In this document: positions 9,524-19,559 of the stretch, one piece after another
Numbering within the stretch: the first letter of the stretch is position 1
Layout: each line of letters starts with the position of its first letter
Source: Bacteroidota bacterium
GTDB lineage: Bacteria > Bacteroidota > Ignavibacteria > Palsa-1295
Assembly: GCA_018266755.1 (NCBI GenBank)
Contig: JAFDZW010000005.1
Location: 967,233-1,031,232 of the forward strand
DNA length: 64,000 nucleotides
Reading direction: 5' to 3'
The notes under the pieces: model-generated
The model's database searches: none
The model's input: the letters and a program-made list of their open reading frames with translations, nothing else
Told to the model about the DNA's origin: nothing
Made by a program: the position numbers and the translations under genes

Positions 9524-10840
9524 TTGAAATTTTCCCAACATCTCGGTAAAGGCGCATGGGGTTTCGCGACGAAGCTCTTGCCTGCGGTCTATGGCGTCGT
9601 GACGACCGTGCTCGTCTTTAAGGTCATGCCCAAGATCGAATGCGGCGAACTGAGTCTGTTCCAGGTGATCTTTGGGATGATTTTTACCTTCGCCGACAGC
9701 TTCGCACTCCAGGCCGTCGTCAAGTTCGGCGTCGATCCCGCCAACGACCTGCGCGAACTGCTCACGGCGACATCCGGACTGTTCTTCGCATTCCTCGCCG
9801 TCGTGCTCGGCACGTTCGCACTCTTCCCTGCTGCATTCGGCGAACTGATGAAAGCGCCTTCGCTGCCCGGGCTGATCCCGAGCCTCGTGTTGCTGACGAT
9901 TGTCACGATCCCGCGTGTGGTCGCAAGCAAGATTTTTCAGATGCGCTTCCATACAAAAGAGCTCTTCTTCATGGACCTCATTTACTTCGGGGGTTCGAGC
10001 GTCGTCGTGACGATCCTTGCATTCTCCGGAAAACTCTCGACGGCATCCGACGTGATCTTCATTACGATCATCTCCGCCACGCTGAGCTCTGTGTATTCGA
10101 TCATTGCAGCACGACACGACATCATCTTCAAACCACGATTCTCGAAGTCGATGACGAAGAAGATTTTCGAGTTCACACGATACCAAACGGCGACCGGAAC
10201 GGTGCACGTCGCACAACAGAATCTCGACAGCCTTCTGATTAGCTCGATCCTTGGTGTCGAGGCGTTAGCCAATTATCAAGTGGCGAAGTTCTTCTTCAAA
10301 GGGTTTGACGTACTGCGCGATACGCAGGGCATTTTCGTCTTTCCTGCATCGAGCAAATACTATGCAGCCGGCGACTTCGCGACGCTCAAGAAGATCATTG
10401 AAAAAGCGGCGAGTTTCCTGTTCCTGCTCATGGTGCCGATGTGTATCGTGTTGATCGTGGTCGCTCCGTTTATTTTCCATCTTCTCTACGGTTCGAAGTT
10501 CGACGTCAGCATCAATGTCTTCCGAGTACTGATCGCGACGGGTCTGATTCTGCCGTCGGTGATGGTTTCGATGAGCGCGCTCGTCGGCATGGGGAAAGTA
10601 AAAGAGGTATTTCGCATCATCCTCTCTTCGCTCGTCGTCAACGTCGCACTTGCGTTTGCGTTGATGCCGCATCTGCATCTGATCGGAGCAGCCGTCGCAT
10701 TTTTGGTCTCCATGACGGTGCAGGCAGTCGCAGGATACCGGACGATGTCGAAAGACGTGCGGCTCGAACTGCGCGAATTCCTCTTCCGAGGCCTGGAAGA
10801 CGGAAAGCATTTCCTCAAAGCGCGTCTGGCCCGAGGGTAG
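9524..10840 (+). CDS. Wzx-like oligosaccharide flippase / polysaccharide biosynthesis protein (MOP superfamily)
   Basis: At least 12 predicted TM helices in the Wzx-like pattern. ORF 9479..10840 overlaps hicA, so the likely start is the in-frame TTG at 9524. Confidence 0.65.
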   Translation: MKFSQHLGKGAWGFATKLLPAVYGVVTTVLVFKVMPKIECGELSLFQVIFGMIFTFADSFALQAVVKFGVDPANDLRELLTATSGLFFAFLAVVLGTFALFPAAFGELMKAPSLPGLIPSLVLLTIVTIPRVVASKIFQMRFHTKELFFMDLIYFGGSSVVVTILAFSGKLSTASDVIFITIISATLSSVYSIIAARHDIIFKPRFSKSMTKKIFEFTRYQTATGTVHVAQQNLDSLLISSILGVEALANYQVAKFFFKGFDVLRDTQGIFVFPASSKYYAAGDFATLKKIIEKAASFLFLLMVPMCIVLIVVAPFIFHLLYGSKFDVSINVFRVLIATGLILPSVMVSMSALVGMGKVKEVFRIILSSLVVNVALAFALMPHLHLIGAAVAFLVSMTVQAVAGYRTMSKDVRLELREFLFRGLEDGKHFLKARLARG

Positions 10841-10875
10841 TTGGCAACGGATCGATCTGTTGCGCGAGTCGATAC

Positions 10876-11565
10876 TCAGTCTTTCGATTTCGGGTTCTCT
10901 CCGAAGACCACCACCGGCGTTCCGACGGACATCATGCGAAAGAGTGTTGCCGCAGCGAACATCGGCACGCGGATGCAGCCGTGCGATGCCGGGACGGCCG
11001 GCACGCTTTGCGCGCCATGGATCGCAAAGCCGCCGCGAATGTACATCGGGTCGTAGAGCATTCCGAGCTCGCTCTTTTTCCAGCCGCTTACTTTGTAGTA
11101 AATGCGAAACGTACCGCGCGGCGTACGTGCATACTCCCATCCCTTTTCGGGATAGAAAAACTTCTGACCGTTGCCCGTCGATACGGGGAGGATTCGCCAG
11201 ACGTGATCCACCGAATCCACAACGAATAATACCTGCCGATTGAGGTCCACTTCCATGTGTAAGCGGTGCATCGAGTCGCGTGCGAGCGGACGCTCGGCGC
11301 GACGGATGGCCATGGCAACCGAATCTGAGAGTTTCCCGGTGCGCTTCAAGCGCTGTACTTTCTCGAAGGCGACGATTGCCTGACGATTCTTTGAACTAAG
11401 TGGTGTCGCAGAAGTGTCGGGCCAAAATCCTAAGGAGGATAAGCGGACGAGCGCTTCATGCACATTCCAGCTTTTCTCGATACCGTTCGGACGAGTCTGA
11501 GCTGTCACCGAGTTCGCGGCGAACTGCAGGACGGCCACCATGAAAACCACGGAAGTACGGCGCAT
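10876..11565 (-). CDS. L,D-transpeptidase (YkuD domain) with an N-terminal peptidoglycan-binding-like domain
   Basis: 'HGAQSVPAVPASHGCIRV' catalytic His/Cys motif. Signal peptide MRRTSVVFMVAVLQFAANSVTAQT, start trimmed from ORF 10876..11640. Confidence 0.8.
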   Translation of the reverse strand: MRRTSVVFMVAVLQFAANSVTAQTRPNGIEKSWNVHEALVRLSSLGFWPDTSATPLSSKNRQAIVAFEKVQRLKRTGKLSDSVAMAIRRAERPLARDSMHRLHMEVDLNRQVLFVVDSVDHVWRILPVSTGNGQKFFYPEKGWEYARTPRGTFRIYYKVSGWKKSELGMLYDPMYIRGGFAIHGAQSVPAVPASHGCIRVPMFAAATLFRMMSVGTPVVVFGENPKSKD

Positions 11566-11681
11566 TGACCGGATTGCGTTCAACAACTGTGCCAATAACG
11601 AAAGGCCCCGCACAACCGTGGGCGGAGCCTTTGACAACATGCTCTGTAATAAATCTTAACGGCATTCAGCAGAATCCGCCA

Positions 11682-12344
11682 CTATCGTTTGCGGAGTGTG
11701 ACCGTTGCAGAATCGCGGCCGAAGAGGTTATTTGCCTGATCGAATGCTGAGTACACAATCTTGTATGTCCCAAGACGAAAGAGTGTTGGCTGGGAGAATG
11801 CTCCCATCGGAGCGAGTACCGTATCCAGACCGGTCGTCGTAACGTGTATCGAAACCGAGGACACGTACTTACTATTCGAGTACGCAGAGAACACTGGAGG
11901 CAAAATGCCGAGGCGGAGCGTACTGTCCGTCGTGATCACCGAGGTGTCAACCTGATGTGGAGTAACGCTCATCCAGTGGATCGTATCGTCGACAATTGCA
12001 GGTACCGTTGTGCTTGCGAGCAGTGTATCCCGGAATCGGTCGAAGGCCTTGGCGGTGACGGTGAACGTACCAGGTGTAAGAAAGAAGTGCTCGATCTGAG
12101 ACCCCGTCGGGGGGGTAACACCCGCTCCATCACCAAAATCGAAGGTGTAGTACACGTCACTCTGCGCAACGCCGTTCATGCGGGCGCTCACTGCGACGGT
12201 AGTATAGCGTGTTGCGTGTATCGTTGACGGCAGAACCTCCAACGCATTGTTCGAATTGCTCGTCGTTGACGTAGCCGGGTCGCTTTTGCAAGCACTTAGA
12301 AATGCCAACGCAGCGATGTATATGAGTAGGACTCGAATGTTCAT
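11682..12344 (-). CDS. lipoprotein with a PKD-like domain
   Basis: Lipobox 'AFLSAC' after MNIRVLLIYIAAL. 'YYTFDFGDGAG...FTVTAKAFD' is a PKD domain signature. Confidence 0.55.
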   Translation of the reverse strand: MNIRVLLIYIAALAFLSACKSDPATSTTSNSNNALEVLPSTIHATRYTTVAVSARMNGVAQSDVYYTFDFGDGAGVTPPTGSQIEHFFLTPGTFTVTAKAFDRFRDTLLASTTVPAIVDDTIHWMSVTPHQVDTSVITTDSTLRLGILPPVFSAYSNSKYVSSVSIHVTTTGLDTVLAPMGAFSQPTLFRLGTYKIVYSAFDQANNLFGRDSATVTLRKR

Positions 12345-12708
12345 GATCTCTCTTGAGCTGGTGTATGATCTGCGAGTGGGCTCGCTGGATATAGAATGCG
12401 TCTGACGAGTGAAAGTTACACGGAGTGGTGCGTTTAGAGTTCGACAGGCCCGCAGTGGTTCCGTTTGAATAGACAACGCAACGGTTTACGCAGACGTCAT
12501 TCTGAGCATTCTTCTGCGACCACAGGAGCAGAAGCGAAGAATCCCTATGGCGGAGCCTCGCTGCGTTTCATCAAGGGATTCTTCGCGGAGTTTACACTGA
12601 GCACAGCGAATGTGCTCAGAATGACGTTGTCTACCAGACATAGCCACTCCCACAACCCCAACGCAACATCTTGGCCTGCGCAATCTCCCTCCCCGAACCA
12701 GCGACCCC

Positions 12709-13491
12709 ATGCCCCTGTTGTGTTGGCCAACGCACCTATCACTGCCGATGCTTCTCGGGCTGATTCTTAGTATCGTCGCGGCGACCGCGCAGGTTGCCAG
12801 CGGACTTTCCGCCCTGCGGGCGCGGAAGTTTCCGCATACGTGGGAGCGTGCGCTGCTGGCGCTTGGCGCGGGGTTTATCCTTGCTCTGGTATTCCTCGAT
12901 CTCATCCCCGAGAGTTTCCATCTGACCGAAAACGAGAGCACGTCCGCCTTGTTTATCCTGCTCGGGTTCAGCTTACTGCATTTCTTCGAACATACGGTCG
13001 TCGAGCATTTTCACTTCGGCGAAGAGACGCACGAACATCCGCATGTCGCCCATACCTCCGTCTTCGGCGCCGTAGGCGGGCTGACGCTGCATGCGTTCTT
13101 CGACGGAATGGCGATTGCCTCGATCAGCAACGCACATCCCGAAATGGGCGTGCTTACCTGCATCGCCGTGCTGCTGCACAAGATCCCCGAAGGTCTAACC
13201 GTCGCCAGTGTCATGACCGCCGGGAATAAGAGTACCGGCGCGGCAAAACGAGCGACCTACTCGCTCGGACTTGCAACGATCCTCGGCGCGATGTTCGTCT
13301 ATCTCTTCATCGAGATCAACGCACATATTATCGGCGTACTGTTCGCATTGTCGGCCGGTGCTGCGCTCTATGTCGGCGCCAGCGACCTCATCCCGGAGAT
13401 CAATAAGACCAAAGGTCGACGCATTCCGCTGCTGGTGTTCTTGGGAATGTTGTTGTTTTATTTAGGGACGGTCATCGTCGGAGCACTTTGA
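12709..13491 (+). CDS. ZIP family metal (zinc) transporter, ZupT-like
   Basis: Multi-TM protein with His-rich 'HFHFGEETHEHPHVAH', 'HAFFDGMAIA' and 'LLHKIPEGL' ZIP signatures. Alternative start at 12748. Confidence 0.8.
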   Translation: MPLLCWPTHLSLPMLLGLILSIVAATAQVASGLSALRARKFPHTWERALLALGAGFILALVFLDLIPESFHLTENESTSALFILLGFSLLHFFEHTVVEHFHFGEETHEHPHVAHTSVFGAVGGLTLHAFFDGMAIASISNAHPEMGVLTCIAVLLHKIPEGLTVASVMTAGNKSTGAAKRATYSLGLATILGAMFVYLFIEINAHIIGVLFALSAGAALYVGASDLIPEINKTKGRRIPLLVFLGMLLFYLGTVIVGAL

Positions 13492-13566
13492 ATACGATTT
13501 TGCTCCGCCACACTCCGAACAGCCAGACTCCAATTTTGTCTTATTTTTGAACCCACATATTCACTA

Positions 13567-14187
13567 ATGCTTCGAACTATGAAACTCAAGCTGTTTGCGA
13601 TCCCCCTCATTGCTGCTGCCCTCATCGGCACCGGCTGCGGAAAGAAAGAAGATAAAGCACAAGAAGCTGCCGATGCTGCGCAGAAGGCGGCGCAGCAAAT
13701 GGCGCAACAGACCGCGCCTGCTGCCGCTGGCGGTGCGCATACGCCCGGCGTAGTGATCCCGGCCAAGACGCTTGCCGGCGCACTCGTCGCGCCGTCTGGG
13801 TATACGATCGAAGGCGAGCCGGAAACCATGGAGATGGATCTCCAGGGACAGAAGTGGTCCCATGCGAATGCAACCTACAAGAATGGCGAGAAAACCATTA
13901 AGATCGGAATCTACGATTACAACTACATCACCGGTCTGAGCACGGCATACTCTGCCATGATGAATATGAACATGGAGTCGAACGACGAGTCGATGCATAC
14001 CGACAAGATCGGCGGCTTTCCGGCGTGGGTCGATTGGAAGAAGAAGAGTAACCAAGGGACGATCGGCGTCATCGTCAACGACCGTGTGTTTGTCGTGACC
14101 GAGGGTCATACCGGCACAACACTCGACGAGATCAAAGCTGCCGCCTCGGGCATCAACTATTCCGCGATTGCTTCCGCCACGAAGTAA
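13567..14187 (+). CDS. lipoprotein, hypothetical
   Basis: Lipobox 'LIGTGCG' with an Ala/Gln-rich linker. The antisense ORF 13564..14232 is judged spurious. Confidence 0.55.
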   Translation: MLRTMKLKLFAIPLIAAALIGTGCGKKEDKAQEAADAAQKAAQQMAQQTAPAAAGGAHTPGVVIPAKTLAGALVAPSGYTIEGEPETMEMDLQGQKWSHANATYKNGEKTIKIGIYDYNYITGLSTAYSAMMNMNMESNDESMHTDKIGGFPAWVDWKKKSNQGTIGVIVNDRVFVVTEGHTGTTLDEIKAAASGINYSAIASATK

Positions 14188-14279
14188 CGGCCGAATTGTA
14201 TCGTAGTAGCGCCGGCTGTTAGCCGGAGCCACTGCGTGACCAGTATCTATGATAGGACGGACTCTCAGTCCGTCCTATT

Positions 14280-15032
14280 GTGTTATTAGGCCGAACCAAT
14301 TACCGCATGATTCGCCGTATACTCGCAACCATCGTGTTTCTTATCGCCACCGTGATCCTCTCGGTGCTGTCGATCCCGGCGGCGCTCGTCGATCGCAGCG
14401 GTCGGCTCTACTGTTCGATGGCCCGTGTATGGTCGCGGATATTTCTTACGTTGTTCGGGCTGCGTGTGGTCGTTCGTGGCGCCGGGCATCTTTCGAAATC
14501 CGAGCATTACATTTTCGCGGCTAATCACGCGAGCTATACCGACATTCCGGCCGTGTTTGTTGCGATCCCCAAAGATATTCGCCTCGTGCTTCGCCATACG
14601 CTGACGAAAATCCCAATCTGGGGTTGGTCGCTCTGGGCAAGTCCGTTTCTCATTATCGACCGCGGGAATGCGGTCAAGGCAAAACGCACGCTGAACGCAG
14701 CCGTCACAAAGATCAAAGCCGGCGCATCGGTGCTGCTCTTCCCCGAAGGGACACGCACGCACGATGGGAAGCTGCAAGCGTTCAAGCGCGGCGCATTTCA
14801 TCTGGCCTACGAAAGCGGCGCGAACGTCGTACCGGTGCATATACACGGCACGTTCGATGTCCACAACCGCTTCGAGCGTCTGCCGAGATCGAACATGACC
14901 ATTACCGTCACGATCGGCAAACCCCTCAGCGTCGATACGAGCATCGACGGCGACCGCAATCGCGAAATGGACCTCATGCAACGAACCGAAGAAGCGGTAA
15001 GGAAACTTATCCCGAATGTCACTAGTGATTGA
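14280..15032 (+). CDS. plsC: 1-acyl-sn-glycerol-3-phosphate acyltransferase
   Basis: Acyltransferase motifs 'NHASYTD' (HX4D) and 'FPEGTR', with an N-terminal TM helix. Confidence 0.8.
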   Translation: MLLGRTNYRMIRRILATIVFLIATVILSVLSIPAALVDRSGRLYCSMARVWSRIFLTLFGLRVVVRGAGHLSKSEHYIFAANHASYTDIPAVFVAIPKDIRLVLRHTLTKIPIWGWSLWASPFLIIDRGNAVKAKRTLNAAVTKIKAGASVLLFPEGTRTHDGKLQAFKRGAFHLAYESGANVVPVHIHGTFDVHNRFERLPRSNMTITVTIGKPLSVDTSIDGDRNREMDLMQRTEEAVRKLIPNVTSD

Positions 15033-17091
15033 CGATGAGCAGCCCGTCCATCGATTCTTCTTGTGTGTGAACCCAAATATTGTAAGTTCCATCCGGGACA
15101 TTCGTCAGGTCGATGGAATGCGAGTGCGCGCCTGCAGATTCAAATCCTTCATTGCGTGAAAGTACGAGTTTGCCAAGGACGTCTCGGATCTCGATTCTCA
15201 CCATCGACGCGGAAGGCATGTGGTAACTGATCCCCAGACGCAAAGCGCACGGGTTAGGCCACAGAGTCAATACTTGACTCTGTGGTGTTTCTCCTCGTTC
15301 GACCCCTAGTTCTCGAAGAGAGTGCCTCCAGACTCCATAGCCCCAAAGGCCCACAAACAGTTCGCTGTCCGACTGGATGAGCGTCTTGCCATACGGGCCA
15401 GGAAGCCCATCGTCCATGCTCGTCCACAATGCACCATCATTGTTCGATCGATAGAGATACCCAAGGCCGGAGACGGCAAATACTGAACCACCGACGACAC
15501 AAAAGTTGATCACAGATGAGTCGACCATCCCATTGAATGCGGCGGACCAGGTAGTCCCAAGATCGGATGATCGAAAAATCCCACCTTCCGTTCCTGCGAG
15601 CAGATACTGACCGCTGAACGCTACGGCGTTAACAGCACGTGAAGAGGCGACTCCAAGCTTCAATTGATATTCATGAGTCCAGCTTACTCCACGATCCACA
15701 GACACGTAGAGCCCATCGCGTGTCCCCACACAGATGGTGTCCCCCGAGATGCAGACTGATTCTGACCAACCCAGAACAACGGAGTCTGCCTGCCAGGAGC
15801 TCCCCTTGTCCGTCGAACGATATAGTCCGGCTGTCGTAGCTGCGAACAGTATGGAATCCCTGCTCGCAATTGAACTGACTGTCACATTGCTGAATGCAGG
15901 ACCCGTGCGCACCCAAGTATTCCCGTCGTCAGAGGAACGGATGACTCCCTCTCTATGGGTCCCGGCGTAGAGATCGCCGTCGGCGGCAGCAAAGCAATAG
16001 ACACCATCGAGTGACACGCTGCGACGAGTCGTGCTCCATGTATCTCCTCTGTCCGTTGAACGAAACACCGATCCATCAACGGCCCCTGCGATCAAGGTGC
16101 CATTTCGAGCATAAAGAGAGTATACGAATGTATTCCCAAGCCCGTCGTTACTTGTGTTCCAACCCCTACCCGTGTCCGAGGATCGGGCTATGCCGGAATT
16201 GTAGGTGCCTGCCAAAAGATTACCACCCGCAACTGCGACGGCTAATATGCTTTTGTCCTGCAACCCCAGAGTGTCAATCGCCCAAGAATCACCATTGTCG
16301 GTAGAAACAAATGGCCCGGATCTGGTGCCTACAATAAGCTTCGAACCAAGCGTTGCAAGTGCAGTCGGTCCGAGCAGATAAGGCCCAGTGCGAAGTTCTG
16401 CCCAAGTCTTGCCACTGTCATTTGACCTAAAGACGGAGTTGCTTGCTGTGAAGAGGCTTGTACCGACCCCCACAATGCTGTTCGTGTGCAGATTCGTCAA
16501 TCCGGTATTCAAAGCGAGCCACGTATCTCCGTTATCCTCAGACGCAGCCACACCGCCCCCGTATAGACATGCATAAACCCGCTGGCCGAGAATGGCGAGT
16601 GCTCGAACATCAAGTTTCGTAAGTCCTGTACTGACAGATGTCCAGCTTGCACCATTATTTGTGCTGCGAAATACACCGTTGCTTCGAGTACCGGCAAACA
16701 CCACGCCATCCTTTGCAGCGAGCGCTTGAACCAGTTCTCCCTCAAGCCCATCGCTTACCGAAACCCATGAAGCCCCATCGTCGGACGATCGGAAGAACCC
16801 GAAGTCCCCCGCGGCGTACACAAGTTGAGGTGTTGATGCCAAGGCACTGACACTACCTATCAGGAGGTTCGTTGCGCTCCGTGACCAACTCACGCCTCCG
16901 TCGACCGATCTAAATAGCCCTCCGCCGATCGTTCCTGCATAAACATCGGATCCCTTGACTGCAAAGCATACTACCCGGCCACCGTACGGTCCATTTGTCG
17001 GCAACCACTGCGCCATAGCGGTGCGGTGTCCAAACCCAATGATTCCACTCACGAAGAGCAAGAATATACTTACGGTGATTTTGCTTTGCAT
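15022..17091 (-). CDS. T9SS cargo: BNR/Asp-box repeat beta-propeller protein (Ycf48/GH74/sortilin-like) with Por secretion C-terminal domain
   Basis: Signal peptide. More than 10 repeats of 'FRSxDxGxSW'. C-terminal ~80 aa 'LWPNPCA...YNIWVHT...LLIVNH' is a T9SS CTD. Confidence 0.75.
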   Translation of the reverse strand: MQSKITVSIFLLFVSGIIGFGHRTAMAQWLPTNGPYGGRVVCFAVKGSDVYAGTIGGGLFRSVDGGVSWSRSATNLLIGSVSALASTPQLVYAAGDFGFFRSSDDGASWVSVSDGLEGELVQALAAKDGVVFAGTRSNGVFRSTNNGASWTSVSTGLTKLDVRALAILGQRVYACLYGGGVAASEDNGDTWLALNTGLTNLHTNSIVGVGTSLFTASNSVFRSNDSGKTWAELRTGPYLLGPTALATLGSKLIVGTRSGPFVSTDNGDSWAIDTLGLQDKSILAVAVAGGNLLAGTYNSGIARSSDTGRGWNTSNDGLGNTFVYSLYARNGTLIAGAVDGSVFRSTDRGDTWSTTRRSVSLDGVYCFAAADGDLYAGTHREGVIRSSDDGNTWVRTGPAFSNVTVSSIASRDSILFAATTAGLYRSTDKGSSWQADSVVLGWSESVCISGDTICVGTRDGLYVSVDRGVSWTHEYQLKLGVASSRAVNAVAFSGQYLLAGTEGGIFRSSDLGTTWSAAFNGMVDSSVINFCVVGGSVFAVSGLGYLYRSNNDGALWTSMDDGLPGPYGKTLIQSDSELFVGLWGYGVWRHSLRELGVERGETPQSQVLTLWPNPCALRLGISYHMPSASMVRIEIRDVLGKLVLSRNEGFESAGAHSHSIDLTNVPDGTYNIWVHTQEESMDGLLIVNH

Positions 17092-17349
17092 CCTTCTATG
17101 CGACTATGAAGTGCTATTTATAGAATCAACCTCGTCGTACTCCGTATTGTTACATCGCGATGCCCAGCTACACGCTCACTCTTCCCCCCCGCAGACGGCG
17201 TTAGCTATGGCTATGCTTTATATCTCCATTCTCTGCATAGACGGCGACGTACTCCTCGGCGACAAGGCCAAGCGTTTCCCATCCTGACTGACGTTCACCT
17301 ATCCGGCACAGTAGCTTCCGTAGAGATACCCTACGAAGCCCGCGATGTC

Positions 17350-19440
17350 TCAATGCCGCACCACTAACGGCGTCTGCGAGATACTACCCCCAGCGTTGAC
17401 CACGCAGCGATACATGCCCGACGCCAGGCCACTGAGGTCGAGTGTACAGTTTTGGTCTCCCGCTGCGCCGATCACATCGCGCATATATACCGCTCTGCCC
17501 ACTGCATCGACAAGCCAGATCGTCGTGCCAGTGCCATTATCCTGCTGACCGATATGAATCGTCGTTCGTAGGTCGGCCGGGTTCGGCGAAACCGAAAGAA
17601 GAGGCGATGATTGCGATAGCGTCGTTCGCGGTACATCCAGTTGGAAGAACGAGCGGGTCCAGAGTCCGTAATTGTTTGAACTCAGGTAGAGCTTATCCCC
17701 GGTCAGCGCCATTCCGCCGATCGCCAGATTCGAATATGTGCCAAGAGTAATCTGTACCCACTCCTGGCCTTGATCGGTCGAGAACCAACCGGTGTACCAC
17801 CCGCCGAGAAAGAGCGTCGTGCGATCGGGCGAAAACAACACGATGTAATTCGAATCGCCGAGTGGTGTCGCGATATGCGACCAGTTGGCACCGCGATCCG
17901 TCGTGCGGAATACACCGTTGTACTGTGAACTCACATACACTCCTTCTCGCGTAGCGACAAGTGAGGCGATATGCTCCCCCACCGTCCCGCTTCCGCTTGC
18001 AGCCCATGATGCGCCGTTATCCGTCGAAACAAACACGCCGCTGTTCGTCCCGACAAATATGGCCGTGTCGTCCGAAGCGAAGCAGATAAGCGTCTTCTTC
18101 GGCATCGTGCTGCTCACATCCGCCCATGTATTGCCGCCATCGGTGGAGCGATACATACTACTATCGAACAATCCCGCGAACAGGTTTTTCCCGGCCTCGC
18201 CGATGAATAGTGTCTGTGTGGGCGGTATGCCATTGTCACGTCGTTTCCATGTCGCGCCGGAATCGTCGGACCGGAAGATGTTCGTGTTGTTCGACGTGTA
18301 CACTGTCCCGCTGCGTGTCGCAAACAAATTATATGGGGAGAGTAGCCCGGAGGTGTCCGGTGAACTGTAGATCCAATTCTGGCCCTCATCGACCGAACGG
18401 ACCACCCCTCCATAGCCTGGCATGAGGAGCGTCGAGCCAAGCGAGGTAATCGGGCCCGTACCGTAGATCGACACGCCATAATGAACAGTATTCCAGTGCG
18501 CTCCGAAATCGCTCGATGCGAGGATCGTGCCTCCGGATATCGTCGCGGCGAACAGCAGTCCAGAACGTGCGGTGATCGCTGTGATCATGGTGTCCGGCAC
18601 TCCGGTATTTGCCGATTCCCAACTCAGCCCTCCGTCGGTCGATCGGTACAACCCCGAGTCGCGTGTTGCCGCCACCACCGCATTTCCCGCATGCGCAAGC
18701 CCGATGACGGCTCGATTCCAAATTGTACTGTCGCTCCAGGTCGTGCCGCCATCAAGCGAGCGCATGACGCCGTCGCCTCGACCCACGATGATCGTATCAC
18801 CCGCAATATTGATCGCATTTACAAGATATTCGGTTGGGCGGATGAACGTCCAATGCGCTCCGCGATCGAGCGACCGATAGATCCCGCCGTTGAGCCCAGC
18901 GTATGCGAACGCGAACACGCGGTCGCCGTCGGCCGCCAGCGATACCACACCGCGGTATGCGATCCCTGTATTCACCGGCGTCCAGTGTGCGCCAAGATCG
19001 GTCGAGCGATACACGCCGCTATCGCGCAAGCCACAGTAGATCACCGTGCCGCTCGAAGCAAGCGCGGTCACCGAATATTGTGAAAGGCCGCTGCTGGCGC
19101 CCGACCAACTATTTCCCTGATCGCTCGAACGAAAGACGCAATCCGTCGGGGCCACCAACGACGAGCCGTCGGAGCCGGCGAATACTGTAGAGCCGATCGT
19201 CGCAATGCAGGTGAAGCCCAGAGGCATTCCATAATTCCAGGTCGGTACCCTGACCCAATACCTGCCATTGTCGTTCGAGCGGTAGATACCGTTATTGGTC
19301 GAAGCGTACAGGACGCCTCCCGTCCCTACAAGTCCGTTCACGGTCCCGAAGAAACCGACCGGCTGCCACTGGGCCTCGACGGTGGTGGTCAGAGTGAAGC
19401 TGCTGAGAATGAACAGAATGAGTATTGTGCGTTTTGACAT
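17350..19440 (-). CDS. T9SS cargo: BNR/Asp-box repeat beta-propeller protein, paralog of 15022..17091
   Basis: Signal peptide, repeated 'YRSxDxGxxW' blades, C-terminal 'SVSPNPAD...MYRCVVNAGG...LVVRH' T9SS CTD. Confidence 0.75.
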   Translation of the reverse strand: MSKRTILILFILSSFTLTTTVEAQWQPVGFFGTVNGLVGTGGVLYASTNNGIYRSNDNGRYWVRVPTWNYGMPLGFTCIATIGSTVFAGSDGSSLVAPTDCVFRSSDQGNSWSGASSGLSQYSVTALASSGTVIYCGLRDSGVYRSTDLGAHWTPVNTGIAYRGVVSLAADGDRVFAFAYAGLNGGIYRSLDRGAHWTFIRPTEYLVNAINIAGDTIIVGRGDGVMRSLDGGTTWSDSTIWNRAVIGLAHAGNAVVAATRDSGLYRSTDGGLSWESANTGVPDTMITAITARSGLLFAATISGGTILASSDFGAHWNTVHYGVSIYGTGPITSLGSTLLMPGYGGVVRSVDEGQNWIYSSPDTSGLLSPYNLFATRSGTVYTSNNTNIFRSDDSGATWKRRDNGIPPTQTLFIGEAGKNLFAGLFDSSMYRSTDGGNTWADVSSTMPKKTLICFASDDTAIFVGTNSGVFVSTDNGASWAASGSGTVGEHIASLVATREGVYVSSQYNGVFRTTDRGANWSHIATPLGDSNYIVLFSPDRTTLFLGGWYTGWFSTDQGQEWVQITLGTYSNLAIGGMALTGDKLYLSSNNYGLWTRSFFQLDVPRTTLSQSSPLLSVSPNPADLRTTIHIGQQDNGTGTTIWLVDAVGRAVYMRDVIGAAGDQNCTLDLSGLASGMYRCVVNAGGSISQTPLVVRH

Positions 19441-19559
19441 CTGTTAGCGGATGGTACGTCACTATAAACTCCCAAGCATACCCGATGTTACAACGGGGGC
19501 CGGGGCACCGAGGGAATTTGCGAATAATCTTCCGGCCCGTTATCGTGTTACGATTGCCT

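Noticed and set aside
9506-10216. 236-aa minus-strand ORF antisense to the Wzx flippase
   Set aside because: The plus-strand product has 12 TM helices typical of Wzx. The antisense product is highly charged His/Arg/Glu-rich nonsense
14286-15101. 271-aa minus-strand ORF antisense to plsC
   Set aside because: PlsC motifs (HX4D, FPEGTR) are on the plus strand. The antisense ORF is judged spurious
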